DNA of 63,810 bases, counting the filler, from Sphacelaria rigidula (lineage: Eukaryota): NCBI GenBank assembly GCA_964200075.2. It is 5 parts of 5 records of this genome, joined end to end, with 100 filler letters (N's around TTAATTAATTAA, not from the genome) between each part and the next. Parts side by side here need not be neighbours in the genome. Positions count along the whole stretch, not along the records: positions 1 to 12,683 come from CAXNAA020003504.1; positions 12,784 to 25,465 come from CAXNAA020003505.1; 3 more parts are not named here. One strand, 5' to 3'. A program made the position numbers and the translations under genes. This document shows positions 1-12,990 of this stretch, piece by piece. How positions within the stretch are numbered: position 1 is the stretch's first letter; the number at the start of each line of letters is the position of its first letter. A model generated the notes under the pieces. That model worked only from the letters and a program-made list of their open reading frames with translations. It was not told the origin of the DNA and made no database searches.

Positions 1-1278
1 GTGAAGTGAAAGACGCGCGTTGATTTGAAGATTACCACGATGTGTCATAGTAGGCACAACTCGCGATAGATCATCAGTCAGAACCGGCTGAAGGAAAGTC
101 CGCTTCTTAGGCGGCCCAGCCTGTACAGCAGAAAAAGAAGGAAGTATGGGGAGATGTAGTGAATAAAACAAATGAAGACGTCGGTGGTGGGATGAAATGA
201 ATGTGAGTAGGGAAAAAAGGGATTATGGGAAACCAGGCAAGAAAGATAAACAAGGGGATAACCACACTCTGGGCACAAAATAGTAAAATGGTCAGTAGTT
301 CGAAGGGGAAGAGAGAAGTGGAACACCAGAAAACAAGACGTTCGGCACGGAATTCGAAAAAGAAATCAACGCGTGGACAGAAGCAAATGAAGAGGCGTCA
401 AAACGGGAGGAAAGCGACTCCAAAGAATTCTAGAGATGATTTACCAGAGATGAAGCAAAGGAATGCGTAGCCAAAGTCAAGAACGAAAAGGCAGCAGGGG
501 CAGACGAAATAATGAATATATTTCTGAAGTACGGGAGGGAGGGAATGATTACCATGATGGTTGTGCCGTACAACTGGATCCGGGAAAACGAGTACACACC
601 CAAGAGGTGGAGAGAAGGAGGAGTAGTTAACCTCTTCTAGAAAGGAGACAGAGATGACCCGCTGAATCATAGAGGGATAGCGCTACTGAACACGGTACGG
701 AAAACAATCTGCAAGATTCTGAACAATAGAGTAGGAACGATGCTAGAGAAGGAAGAAAGAATCAGCTAGGGGCAAGCAGGATTTTGATCAGACCGTAGTT
801 GCGTAGTTCATGCGTATACATAAGGAAATATTAATCAAGGTAGGGAAGACGCCGGGCTGACGACGTATTGTTTCTTTCTGGACGTACAAAAGCTCATGGC
901 ACAGTATGTAGAACTTGACTGTGGAAAAAGTTGTGGGAGACTGATATCAGAGGAAAGATGTGGAGAATAGTTAAGATGATGACAGGTCGTGCCAAAAGTG
1001 CTATGATGCTAGACGGGGAAATATCGAAATATTTTTTTATATTTTACAAGGAGTTGCACAAGGATGTACGTTATCATCCACTGTGTTCGAGGTACTTGTT
1101 AATGACCTGATAATAGCAATAGAAGCAGCACATCGAGAGTCAAGGTGGGTGAAGAAATGGTATCGGGGTTGATGTTCGTAGATGCTTTGTGGGCGTGTCA
1201 GGAATACCAAAAAGATTGCAGAAGCAAACAGAGAAGGCGTTAGAATACCCTGAGAAATGGAGAGTGATGGCGAATGTC
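1..1278 (+). mobile_element. Decayed non-LTR retrotransposon (LINE) reverse transcriptase region, intronic
   Basis: Broken frames give RT motifs VVNLF*KGDRDDPLNHRGIALLNTVRK, GQAGF*SDRSC, FLDVQK, GVAQGCTLSS and GLMFVD, with many stops and frameshifts. Ends where a SINE-like copy begins at ~1279. Confidence 0.9.
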
Positions 1279-1625
1279 ATCAAATGAAGAGGTGGAGAAC
1301 CTCAGCTCCGCGCAAAGAGGGTGATCGTACTACGTAGTGTTCGAATGACGAAACACCCACGAGGCACAGTGTCACCCGTGGCTGTCTCCAGGAGTGACGA
1401 TACCAGAAAATAAATGAACTCAATCGAGGCATCTTTATGTGAGATAACTGGAACGCTTCAGGCCGAATTATCGTAGGAGGGTGCAGTTCACCCCTCATGC
1501 GCCTCGCCGAACACAGATTGCGGGCCCGATCCTGCGAAAACCCGGCGTGCTTCGTCCCGGCTTTGTAGTGATGCGAGGTGAATAGTCCTATGGCTACGGC
1601 ATGCAGAATCACAAGTACACGCCCC
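1279..1625 (+). mobile_element. SINE-like family A, 5'-truncated copy
   Basis: Matches copies at 18040-18545, 25122-25465 and 50620-51029 (gatcgtactacgtagtg, ccggcgtgc..gtcccggctttgtag, ctacggcatgca..gtacac + C-run). Confidence 0.8.
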
Positions 1626-1663
1626 AAATATTACACTCACCCACGGTTCCGTTCACCGCGCAG

Positions 1664-4600
1664 GATGCCCTGGAACACTATAGCCAATCCATGTCGGAAA
1701 CTAAGGCGTCATCGGACCCCCTGTGGTACGTGGGTTGCTTAGAGGGCTACGCGGCGTGTCTGGTGGCTATGAGCGATGCGGATCACCCGATGGTGCACGG
1801 AGACCAAGCGTTGGCTCTATTGCGCGACATGGCGAAGGATAAGGACCTTGAGAAGGCGGGGCAGGCGACTTCGTCCACCTGGACAGTCTTGGCCGAAGGT
1901 CTGTGTCTATGTCTGTGTTGTTCGGGTGTTTTTTGTCTTGCTATTCCGGTGTTGGCTAGTTTGTTTTTTAAGTGTGTTTTATTTTGTGTCGCGCTTGGCG
2001 ACTTTGGTCACCGTGTTGACTGCTTTGTTGACGTTCGCTGCTGACCGGCCGTGAATCCAGGCGTGGTCAAAGGGAGGATTTAGTCGAGGCAAACAGACGG
2101 AAATGCTCGCTCTCAAAAGGGGTGTCGAGTAGGGAAATAACAAACACGAGGAATAACGAGAAGGAAGCGAACATGAAAAACAACGCAAAGCTCGAGAATA
2201 ATACAAAGGGGAAGTTGCGCATACCCTCGATAACAGAGAGGGTCGTACAACAGGCCGAGTCGTGTGAGCTTAATGGGAAGACGAAGGCACGACTGCAGGG
2301 CACGAGAGGGGTTGCAGAAAGATAACGATCGGGAAAGGCGGATGGGAGGGGGGCGAGCTCTAACGGAAGCCAACCGCCAACAGGACAGAGCAGGAGCAGT
2401 AAGCTCCGTATGCTCTCCTATCCCTATCAAGGGACAGAGCGCGCCATTCTCGACCATTATTTTCGTATTGATTTCCTCACAGGCTGTTACCAGCGGCGAC
2501 AGCTCCCGCTCTTGGGAGCGCTCACCGCAACATCCTCTTGCTTGAAGCGTAGGTTGGACTGGCTGAGGCGGAGGCGGAGGCGGCGGCCAATGCTTCGCCG
2601 TGCAACCTCGTACTCTTGCCGCCTCGTTGTAGATCCTCCGATGCCATTTGTGCACGTTCTTAGCGGCAGTAGCCCAATCCTTCAAATCGTTGATCTCAAC
2701 GTGGTAGACGAACCACTTCCTCAGATCTCTGTTACACTGGCTTCGCAAATGTGCTCCTCGGGTGCCCTAGTGCTTCGGAGGCTGAGAGGCCTCCGTGGAT
2801 CCTTGTGCAATCTGCAATCAATCGTCCGAACATGATACGTTCGGCAGGCAGTATGGTGTCCCGCCGTGTGCCGTCTGTCAATGGTGTAGTGGTGGTTCAT
2901 CTGTGTCGGGGCGAGAGGGCAGGAGGCGGAAAAGGATGTACGGTACTGTCTGGAATGTGGGGTTTTCGACGAGATGTATCACACACGACGGATTTATGAA
3001 AATCGTTTGTCGATACGCATGCACATGAGTTGGTCGTGTGGGTGGTATCGCTGGATGTCCCACGCCTATTCTGCCTCATGTTGACTACGCGTGATCAATG
3101 ATCAAATAACGATGGTGTAAAAAAACTGAGTATATCCCCGTCGCCCCTTGCCCTCCCCCTCCTCGTGCTTGCTCAGCCGTGGTGACGGAGAAGTGTGCGG
3201 AGGCACTTTCAGTTCTTAGTCGATATCCTGCCCTCGGGGCTTTAGAGGTTGAGCTTTGCTTCAAGACGGCAAGATTTCACGCGTGCGCTCAGCCGGAGCC
3301 CAGGTGAGCACACGTACACACACAAGGTTTATTGACTTATGCGGTTTTGTTTGTCCACCTTGCGAAGGAGGGACACGTCAGCGTTGTAATGTGCCATGTG
3401 CAAGTGTTCCCGTAAGGTTTGAAGAAGGACGAATACAGCAGTAGCAATCGTGTGGCGTCTAATTGAAGAGTCAGGATTGCCGATATTCACCCGCGATCAT
3501 ATCTGCATGCGGTTTGATAAGGTGTGTGGTTCGCCTAGTTTGTCGTCGTTGATGCGCACCATGCTTACACGTATCCCAAGTAATCGTACTCCTCGTGAAG
3601 GGTACCTTGGGCGGCATTTTGTGCCGCTGTTGTTACCAACTGAGCTCGGGGTTCCGTGGCTCAGGTGGCGTTTTTTTCGGGCGGTGGACTTCGGAGTGTG
3701 TTGTAGGTTGATGTGCATGTGAGTTCTCGGTGCGGCTGTTTTTTTTTTCTTCACACCGAGCGTCGGTTGATACGATTTGCTCGAAGTGGGTTGGTAAACT
3801 GACCGGACCCTCACGATGTTGTTCTTGTTCTTCATGTATATGGCGTGGCATTGCCGTGCAAACTCGATTGGCCCAGCAATGGTAACGCAAACACGTGGCA
3901 CACTTCGGTGGATGGGTGTCACCGACAAGAGAGGGCCTTCGATTGCGTCGCTTGACATGACGCGCCGTCCTTTTTTTTTTTTTCGGATTGCTTGTGCTGT
4001 GGGTCAACTTTTCCCCCCCTCGCCCCCCTCCCCCCCGCGCGCTCTCTTCATCTTCTCCCCATTTTTAGGGTATTTCCAGTTTGTTTAGTTTGAGTGTGTT
4101 CCTGTGTGGTCATGGCTGGATCCCTTGGAATCAGTCGATGTACGGCAATTAATCAGATTAATCACCCGAATTAATCAAACCCTGTTCCTCGGCACGAGCC
4201 CGTGGTCTCAAGGTGCCTACCCATCTTACCCCCCGATGCCTGCCGCTTGCACTTTTTTTGGTACATTTGGATGATGACCACACCCGCAGCAGGTCGATAT
4301 CAAACGAATTTGTTTCTGCCGACTCTCGTACTGTGTTGTGAAAAGGTGGGACGAGGCACTAGAGATGCTTTTAAGGGCACTGTCCGTGCCGGACATGCCC
4401 ATGCAAGTGCAGCTGGAGCGTAGCATCGAAGCCGCGATTCTGTGCGAAGGCATGGGGCTCAAGGTCAGTTCTTGTTTCTTTCCAAGTCGCTGGGGCTGGG
4501 TTCGCGAGTGTGCCTGCATTGCGGGATGACCTTACTTTTTCGAGACTGAACAATCTTGGAGTTCTCCAGTAGATTTTTGCTGAGCACGTGACCTCTGTTT

Positions 4601-7600
4601 CACTTGAAACGATGTAGACGCTGTTGTGAGCCAGCCCCTCCAACCTCAGCCATCCCCAGGAGAACAATAGGAGGTACGGTATATATGTATTTTCGCTTCA
4701 CCCTCAAGATACGAGTCTGCGGTTACTTGGTGTAAATAGGGTTCTGGATAGAGGTACGTTTCACCACATGAGGAAGGGGAGGGGTTCAAAGTGCGAAATA
4801 TGAAGAAGAAAATAATGAGGAATGAATCAATGACCGGATAACAACGCCCAACACCGTCTCGTGCTCCGAGTTCTCTGCTACGCTCCCTCACTCCTTGCCT
4901 GATCGTCATAGTGTGTGGAGAATCAGCCGCCCAGATGCACCCTCTGCCGAGCAGTTGCTGCCCCAATGTTCATCTTCATTTCTAGCAGCAACAGTACGCA
5001 CCTGTGTCAAAATATAAGCGAGGGCGATGATTTCAGGCATTATCGAAACAACTCGTGCACGCGAACCGACTCGATCAACAACTTCGATCATTGTTCCCAG
5101 CATGTCTAATTTGGCAAATCACCCCAATCTCTACGCGCACATCAGCCGTCACACGTCACCCAAGCTTGCACTAGAATCCCTCGAGTTCCCCCCCCCGCTC
5201 CCACACACCGCCCGTCGGCTTTCCGTAAAACATATGGCGTAGCGCAAAGCGGCCCTATTCGCACACCTATCTGCGATGCTCTGTTCGGACTTCGAGATCT
5301 GGCAAACGGCCCACCTGCTAGCCCGCATGGCTGCGGAAGGCTACGGTGTCACTTCAGCCGACCTGCCCCTTCCAAGTCCTTCCTCCCCGTCCTCTGCATT
5401 GCCCCCTCCTTTCGGCGAAGCGGGACGGGGACGGAGGGAACGGGACGGTCAGGGGGAGGAAGAGACAACGACGGTAGCGGCTGGGCCGGCCGGGGGCTGG
5501 GTGGTTCTCCGGAAGCACTTACTTCAGTGGCTTTTGGCGGTGAGCGCGAGATGCGGAGATGCGAGGGCTTCAAGCGCGTATTTCGCGGGGCTGACCGGTT
5601 TGGTTGCCACACTAGAGCGGGAGAGAAGGAAGGCCGATCGTGAGTAGTCTGTGTTTGGTTTGTGGGGTGGACCGACTGGGTGGGAGGGGGAAGGGGAGAG
5701 GGGCGGAACCAGGAGAAGGGCGGGCCGGGGAGAGGGGCGGGGGGTGTACTCACGATCTTTTGTACCGTATTCATAAGACCATTGAAGTCGAGGGGGCATA
5801 AATAGACGGTGAATAATCCTTGTTCCGTCTTAGCTGAAAATTACCTCTGTTGAAGAAATCAAGTACGAGGGCATTCTAATCGACACCCAGATTACTTTTG
5901 CAGCACGTTCTACCCCTTAATCCTGTAGGGATCGAGGCACGGAGGGCAAGGGAAGATAAACGGCCTCTTGGAGCTACAGTGTGGAAGTACGGCAGGCGGC
6001 GGGGGGGGGGTTGAACGTGCGATATCACGAGTTGATTTGGAGGTGTCGATTGCACAGCCTGAACAAATGACTACATTGTCGAAAAGTGGACTGCGTACAG
6101 TATCGGCTATTGTGTCTATTGTAATAGACAATATATATATCATACTGTACCCACTACACTTTTCGGCGATTTCATCTTTTGTTCAGGGTGTGATATTTTG
6201 CTGGACAGGCCAGACGGGCTAATGAATGAACAAAGTGTGTGCCCAGAGTTTCTCAGTGTCTTGAACGTTTCGCACGCCCAACGTGTTGATGGGTGGGGGC
6301 AAGCAACTTCCTTTGCAGCACATACGTGGGTTGATAGCCAATCTACATTCCCGAATTCGATCTGCGCAATCAATCATGTTGGGAGCGAACGTACTCTCTT
6401 GGGTATGGAGATCACCGTGGCCGCTGGATTGTCACGGCTAGTGATCCACTGTTCATGTTCAAAATGCTCTGTTACACCTACCTTGGTCCATTCTTATTCA
6501 TCCTGTCGAGGATGTCTGGTCACTCTCCTCGCGGCAAACGCATGCAAAACACGAGGATACCCCCTGCCCTCCCTCCTTCCCCAACCGCCGTCGCCGCCGT
6601 CGCCCCCGCCTCGAAGGCTTCCTAGCTACCCTACCAGCCCCACAGTTAGATGGCGTTACTCAAGCTGGAGATCTATCGTCGCCTGTATCCACGGCTGTGG
6701 AAGTATCGGGCAACAGTACGAACGGGCCACCGCCGTCGATGGGATCAGGTAGGGGCGGTGGAGGACGAACATATTTTTGTGTGAATCGTTTCTTCGGCAT
6801 GTCCCGCCCCCTCCACCGGCTGGGGGAAGATACGGTATCGGGATTGATGTTCGTGGATGATTTCATGAAGGTATCAGAAACACCAGAGGGTTTGTAGAAA
6901 CAAATAGCGAAGGCGCTAGAATACACAATGGAATGGAGAGTGACAGCGAACGTGAACAAATGCGTGATACCTGTATGTAACGAAAATATGGAGAACCAGG
7001 TAGAGTTCAAATGGAAGAGGAACTGCCGATCGTTAACCATTATATATGACTTGGAAAAGAAACATGAGAAGAAACTGTTGTTGGGATGCACACACAACTA
7101 AAGGAACATAAAAGGGTAAGGCACAGAAAGGAGGAAAGACGTGATCCTCAGAGCTCGCACCTACATACTAGGTCGGATTAAGGATGTATCGTGATGAACG
7201 TGATTGTACCAAAGCTGGAATATGCAGAAGGATGGGAGGGGAACGGGAAGTTGGTGAAGAAGTTGAAAACAGTACAGATGGCAGCAGCTAAGAAAATGCT
7301 TGGATGCTCGAAAACGACGAGTAATACAGCAATAAGAGCAGGATTGGGAGTGTACCCACTTGAAACAGAGACATGGGAACATTGAGGTGGCAATCTAGCG
7401 TGAAGAACACGCAGATAAAGAGATTGTCAACTATAGTTGATGGGACTGTATGAGCGGAAATGACGAAAGGGAATGCTGGAATAAGGTGGGATAAAGAAGT
7501 CGAGAAAGTGTGGAAGAAGATCGCAGGAAACCAAGACGAACTATTGTCCATAGGTCAAGGTGCGTGGGGTGCGGGGTACAAAACACAAGAGACATGCTAG

Positions 7601-8600
7601 AAATAAGGGGAAAACGAGCGCTCAGACGCAAAGTAGACGAGGAAGAACACCTGGAGATACACGGGGGTCCAGGGGAGGGGATAGCGATGAAAACACAGCT
7701 GCATAGCCCCATGGACGCGGTGATAGAATTGAAACTGCGATTTCGATTGGCAGACCTGGACCTGCCAAGAAGAAATATACCTGTTGTCGAGAGGAGGAGG
7801 AAGAAGATACGCAGGATTACCCGTGTGACGAAGCAATAAAAGACGGAACTCGTATAGTTGCAGAATGTAAACTATATAAGGGCGAACGCGACGTGCCAGA
7901 GGGGGCAATGCGGGACGTGAACGAAGGTGGCATGGAATCGTTTGGTTTATTAGACAGTAGGGAGGAACCGATGGCTAAACTAGGAGATGAATAGTGGCCA
8001 CAGACGACGAAACAGGACAGGGATAAGATGTGCGTAATGTATGGAGAAAAGTAATGAGTGCCCAAACGTTGGAGGTGTCTCTATTGGGAGCAAGAACGGT
8101 GTTTCGTCTTGAAACGGATGCGTGGTCAATGGTCAAACGACTACGGCAAGCAATAAATGAGTACGTGCCCCCCACGCTGGCCAGTCTCCTATTTCGTCTA
8201 ACCACCCCATCTCTACCACGCATCCCATACGTTTTGCGAACACATGACCGTGGTAAAAATGGAACAGCCACTGGTGAAAAAAGGTCGGTAGATACCAAAT
8301 CACAACATTCATTTCATGAATCCGTAACATACCCCCCAACCCGTCCCCCTATCGCCCCCCGCTCGTTCCACACACCCCGAAACAACTCAGCAAGCTCCAA
8401 GGAACAAATTAAGATCTCGTGGAGTGAGCGCATGATTCGGCGTGCTACGGCCTCCACATCCACAGGCGATGTCCCGCCTCCACTGCTGCCACCACCAACC
8501 CCGAGCGGCGGCGGCGCTGCTGCTGGTGCTGCGTCTTCTGCTGGGTCTAGCGCCATGACGCTGGCGAATGATTCGTTCCTCAGCGTTGGACACGGTCGAA
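1664..8600 (+). CDS. TRAPPC9: TRAPP II complex subunit TRAPPC9/Trs120 homolog, partial spliced gene (internal exons)
   Basis: Exons 1664-1898, 3177-3303, 4346-4463, 5243-5639, 6617-6748, 8391-8600; all GT-AG and phase-compatible. Joined peptide has DALEHYSQSM..DPLWYVGCLEG, EKCAEAL..LEVELCFKTAR, GMGLKRKAALF and GWVVLRKHLL, which parallel the Trs120/TRAPPC9 N-terminal motifs in order. The last two exons are low-complexity and less certain. Confidence 0.85.
2580..2870 (-). mobile_element. Possible decayed 3' fragment of an RTE-like LINE
   Basis: Minus-strand peptide remnants LPAERIMFGRL and RDLRKW..DLKDWATAAKNVHKWHRRI resemble the RTE ORF C-terminus; highly degenerate. Confidence 0.4.
6815..8175 (+). 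mobile_element. 5'-truncated decayed LINE (same family as 1-1278) with its 3' tail
   Basis: GEDTVSGLMFVDDFMKVSETPEGL*KQIAKALEYTMEWRVTANVNKC (RT catalytic xxDD region), then IVPKLEYA and AAKKMLGCSKTTSNTAIRAGLG; ends ggtcaatggtcaaacgactacggcaagcaataaatgagtacgtg + C-run. Confidence 0.9.
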
Positions 8601-8784
8601 GTGAGAGAAATGTCCTGACTTTGTGTTTGCCTGGTATCATTGATGGATTGTTGATGGATCCTTCCGGCGGGAAATGTGTTGCTGCTGCTGTGGTGTTGTG
8701 GTGGCATGTCAGGGTGTGGTGCGCGCACATAACCCCCCCCTTCCTCGGAAGTAAGATGAATCGTACGCTTCGGGGCGAACAATC

Positions 8785-8960
8785 CCTGTAGGGTGAAGCT
8801 CACCCTCCATGCGACTCGCCGAACACATCACGGCGCTTCGCGTTTGGTGACTGCAAGTCCGGCCCGGCGGAAACCCGGCGTGCCCTGTCCTGGCTTGGTA
8901 GGGATGCGAGGTGAACGGTCATGTGACTACGGCATGTAGAATAATTAATGCAGCCTACCT
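8785..8960 (+). mobile_element. SINE-like family A, 3' fragment
   Basis: gctcaccctccatgcgactcgccgaacac..cccggcgtgccctgtcctggctt..gactacggcatg matches family A. Confidence 0.75.
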
Positions 8961-9757
8961 CCCCTCGCAAAAAAGAGTGACGGCCAGAAAATTCATCATT
9001 ATCTTATTAGTACTATTACTAGTGGTGAGCCACGGCTGACGCACGTGGCAGCAGTGCCGCAGGTATCAACATGACGTGTCTCACACACGTGGAGGCTTTG
9101 AACAGAAATGGCCGAGAGCAAAAAGTGATCCTGACCTTAGCCATAATTTAATAGTATGAGCAGAGAAGGACGTTCAACCCCAAGATAAGGTGCTAGTCCG
9201 AGGACTGCTAAACTCCGAAAAGTGTCTGGGCTGCCCGAGGACATTTTTTCGACCATATATAATGTTTCCTCCTTTCTTTGGATACGCTTGAATCAAACTA
9301 CACCCTTGAAACGGTGAAATCGCGTGTAAAAGTCACGCCCTCCCTATTAAGACGCCACATACACCTTCATGCAGCTGACACATCCCGGGATTCCACCTTC
9401 TTTTCGAATGTTTTCCAGGCTTACCCTTAAAACCCCGCAAAAAAAGTACTTTCCCGATTTGTTTTGCTGACCACGGGACGTGCCCCGAGAAAGGTTACAC
9501 TTCGCCGCCCACATTGTCTTTTTTTGTCGAGCTTTGAAGCCCTCCCCTTCCTCGGGATGAGTCCGTGGTCTCAAGGGATCAAACCATCTCTAACCCAATA
9601 TAATTGAATCAAAGCAAATGGAAAATGGGCACAGACGGATGGAACTGAGTAGAAAAAGTGGAAGGGGAGATCTAAGCAGATAACTCCGTGACTACTGCAA
9701 AAGAAGAAAGTAAGCGTGACCATTAGGGATTCTAAACGGGGGAATGTTTTCCATCGA

Positions 9758-10735
9758 ACAGTGTCCCGGCTGTTCGACCACACGTCACCGCCCAGAGACC
9801 TGTCTTGACGGAGGATCCTGAGAAATGGGGTTGAACACTAAAATAATATTCAACTTTCGAACAAAATTTTCCCAACCTAAATTTATGACGTATGACTTTC
9901 ATGCATACAATCAGCAGGGGAGTATCTCAAACTCAAGGTTCGCGGTATGTTTCACAGTAATTTACAGTCAAATATACCGGGAACCCCGAGTTTGAGCTAC
10001 CTCCAGCACCCCCCTTCCCCCCCCCCTGGAAATTGTTTCAGGCGGTACTGCAGGTTTTGAGGTAGGCTTGAAAAACACTTGAAGATCGGGATGTGTCAGC
10101 GTTGTGGAGGTGTATGTGTAGCGTCTGAATACCAAGGGGCGTCACGAAAATCCTTAGACATCGAGCATCGCCTCGGAACGTTTTCACAGGCTGACAGTCC
10201 ACGGACATCCGGAGTTTTCCTGGAATAAGCAGAGGTACAGCAGCATGCAGTAGACTGTGTTCAGTGAGAGCGATGGCACGCTGAATGTATCTTGCCGTTA
10301 TATCCAACAAAGACACACATCACACGTACTGACTCTGCACTTCCGTAACCACTATGAAAGAAGGGAGTACGCGTGACCGTTACGGATGCTAAACGGAGGA
10401 GGGGGGGAGGGGGTCAGCCCTCGAACAGTGTCCGGGCTGTTCGACGATACCTCACCGACCATACACCACTCTTAACGGAGGATCCTGCGAAATGAGGTTG
10501 AACCAGGTTGAACATTAAAATGAAGTTCAACTTCAACCAGTGCTTTGCTGACCTAAAGTAGTGACATATTACTTTCATATATGGACGACCTCATACACTC
10601 CGATCCCCCTGAAACCATTTTGGGGGGTTTCTAGCCTTCGGTTCCCGCAGAGGGTATGTGCGAAAACATATTTTGGCCTCGATTTTGGGGTGAAAAGTGG
10701 GACGCTTTTAGCCCCAAAATAGTTTCAAGGAGATT
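9758..10735. repeat. Two partial direct copies related to the foldback element at 11045-11791
   Basis: ~9758-9905 and ~10426-10735 both start cagtgtcc.ggctgttcgac and contain ggatcctg.gaaatg.ggttgaac..acctaaa..tgac..ctttcat. Confidence 0.7.
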
Positions 10736-11044
10736 CGGGGGTGGGGGGGTCGTATGTATTACTCGTATCGCACACATCGCCGAGGACCACAGTTTTTATA
10801 TGAATCTTTCTGTGAATACATCCAGATCCGGTTCCTTTCCTATTTCGTTATGGGTACAGAAGTGTGCGCTGTATGTACGTGGTGCAGATAAGCGGGGACG
10901 GTGGGGAGCCAGTGTGTTGTATATCTATGCTGACGTTTATCTGCAGAGATGGAATTTTCCGCAGAGCTGCTTGTAGGAGTTGAACCTGCCAACAGAAACA
11001 TGGCTCATTTTCATCCACCATCCCCTGTTCGTACTGACAGTGAA

Positions 11045-11791
11045 CAGTGGGTCCTCAAAAATGGGGTTGGAAACAAAATGAGGTTCAACTCGAAAGCCGT
11101 GCTTGCCCTGACCTAAGTTGATGACAAATGACTTTCACATGGACGACCTCATCCGTTCCGACTTCCCTGGAACTATTTCGGGGGATTTCTAGCCTTCCGT
11201 CCCCCAACGGGGTATATTCGAAAGCGTGATTTTTTGCCAAGAAGGGTCCTTTTTTCACCCCGAAAGCGAGGTAAAAGGGTGCTTTTGCGCATACTCTCTG
11301 GGGGAACGGAAGGCTAGAAATCCCCTAAAATAATTTTGAGAAGGTCGGTAGGGATAAAGTCGTCCATGTAAAAGCCATTTGTCGTGAATTTAGGTCAGGG
11401 AAGGCACGGCTTTTGAGTCGTACCTCTTTCATTTTTGGCAAAATGTGCTTTTGCGCATACTCTCTGGGGGAACGGAAGGCTAGAAAGCCCTCTAAATAGT
11501 TTTGGGAAGGTTTGGAGCGATGAAGTCGTTCATATGAAAGTCATTTGTCATGAATTCAGGTCAGGGAAAGCACGGCGTTTGAGTTGAACCTTATTTTTGG
11601 CAAAATTGTGCTTTTGCGCATATCCTTTGGAGGAACGGAAGGCTAAAAATCCCCCAAAATAGTTTTAGGAAGGTCGGGAGGGATTCAGTCGTCCATATGA
11701 AAGTCATTTGTCATGAATTTAGGTTCAGGAAAGCACGGCGTTTGAGTTGAACCTCATTAATTTTTTCAACCCCATTTGCGAGAATCCACTG
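11045..11791. mobile_element. Non-autonomous foldback/TIR DNA transposon (hAT-like) with a tandemly amplified right arm
   Basis: Termini CAGTGG..CCACTG. The left arm (~11045-11230) is the reverse complement of a ~165-nt unit present three times (starts 11279, 11445, 11608). Flanks acagtgaa / tcagtgga match at 6 of 8 positions, consistent with an old 8-bp TSD. Confidence 0.75.
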
Positions 11792-11825
11792 TCAGTGGAC
11801 GCTAGTTCATCTTAGAGAAGGAGCA

Positions 11826-12352
11826 TGTGTGGGCGCACCAGCCCGGGCCACACAGGAGGAATGCCAGCCCCGGAGTCCTTCATTTTGTTCCTAGTGTTCC
11901 ACCTTTTTTTTGCGATGGGCATCGGTGCGTACGGTATCAGTCAGTCGGTGAGCAGTGCGGTGTGTGTGTGTATTTGTGTGTTGTCATCCCATCTATTCTG
12001 GACGCCAGCAGTTTACACCTCATTTCGGTAAATATGTGGATGTGAGCGCATCAGCCGGGGTCACGCAAGGCGAAGGCGAACACGGGAGTTTCATTATGCT
12101 TTCTTTCGTTTTAGTACTCCACCTTCCTTCTGCGGTGCTTGCAGGTGCTTGCCATATTTTTTTATCGCAAAAGGGATTCAGCAGTCCCTTTCCCTCGTCG
12201 GCTATGCAATCGAACTTCGGATACCCACGCCATATAGTCGCTCTCCACTGTTGGGAATGGTGTGAGACAAATTCCAGTTCGTGTGACTTCATCGAGGTTC
12301 GAACCAACGACCCATCCGTCAGAAGGATCCGAGGTTATGAATTATTAGCCCT
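11826..12352 (-). mobile_element. tRNA-derived SINE family B
   Basis: Reverse complement of the copy at 55627-55990; has a ggttcgaacc B-box-like head on the minus strand and the body gacgagggaaagggactgctgaa. Confidence 0.8.
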
Positions 12353-12683
12353 TTTGGAACCCTCCCCACCTGTCCCCTGGCCAAACGCCTTATTATGAGA
12401 AGGCCTGACGACGAAGAGGAAACATGGAAACAGAATAGGCCGACGGCAACCATTATTATAATGGAAGCGCCGAGAAGAATGTCCTCCCTGGAGAATTCGG
12501 GTAAGGTTTGTCCAATCATACATTGCAACGGATGAAGTGTGTCCTATTATATCCATCGAAAATAATAAGCAAAACCACAATGAAACATTCCGTTCAAAAA
12601 ATAGCAATGAACAGCCGATTTTATATTTTGGGGTTCAAACAAAATATGGGGCTGAAGTGGCATATCTGTCTTGCACGAAAGAC

Positions 12684-12783
12684 NNNNNNNNNNNNNNNNN
12701 NNNNNNNNNNNNNNNNNNNNNNNNNNNTTAATTAATTAANNNNNNNNNNNNNNNNNNNNNNNNNNNNNNNNNNNNNNNNNNNN
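12684..12783. other. Artificial contig spacer N44-TTAATTAATTAA-N44
   Basis: Exactly 100 nt, six-frame stop linker, repeated identically four times. Confidence 0.97.
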
Positions 12784-12879
12784 CATTTTGTGAAGCTGTC
12801 CGTGTTGTAGCTACAGCGTGCGTTTGCCTCAGGTGGCGCACGCAGGAGTGAAGGGCCGCCTCCGCCACTGTAATGGCTG

Positions 12880-12990
12880 CCTGTATCTTGGGCGAAGCTG
12901 TATGGTAACACAGCCGCGGCTGGTGCGCCCACATATGCCGAAAGGTCGAGACCGGCGTCCAGATTTACGGGACAACAACACACACAGCAC
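12880..12990 (+). mobile_element. SINE family B 3' fragment
   Basis: ggtgcgcccacatat..ccggcgtccaga..gacaacaacacacagcacac matches ~55905-55985. Confidence 0.65.

Noticed and set aside
11279-11791. Possible CRISPR-like array
   Set aside because: Units are ~165-nt full-length tandem repeats without unique spacers, in eukaryotic context with no cas genes.
12728-12739. TTAATTAATTAA palindrome repeated four times at regular spacing
   Set aside because: Embedded in fixed-length N runs; an assembly linker, not a biological repeat.
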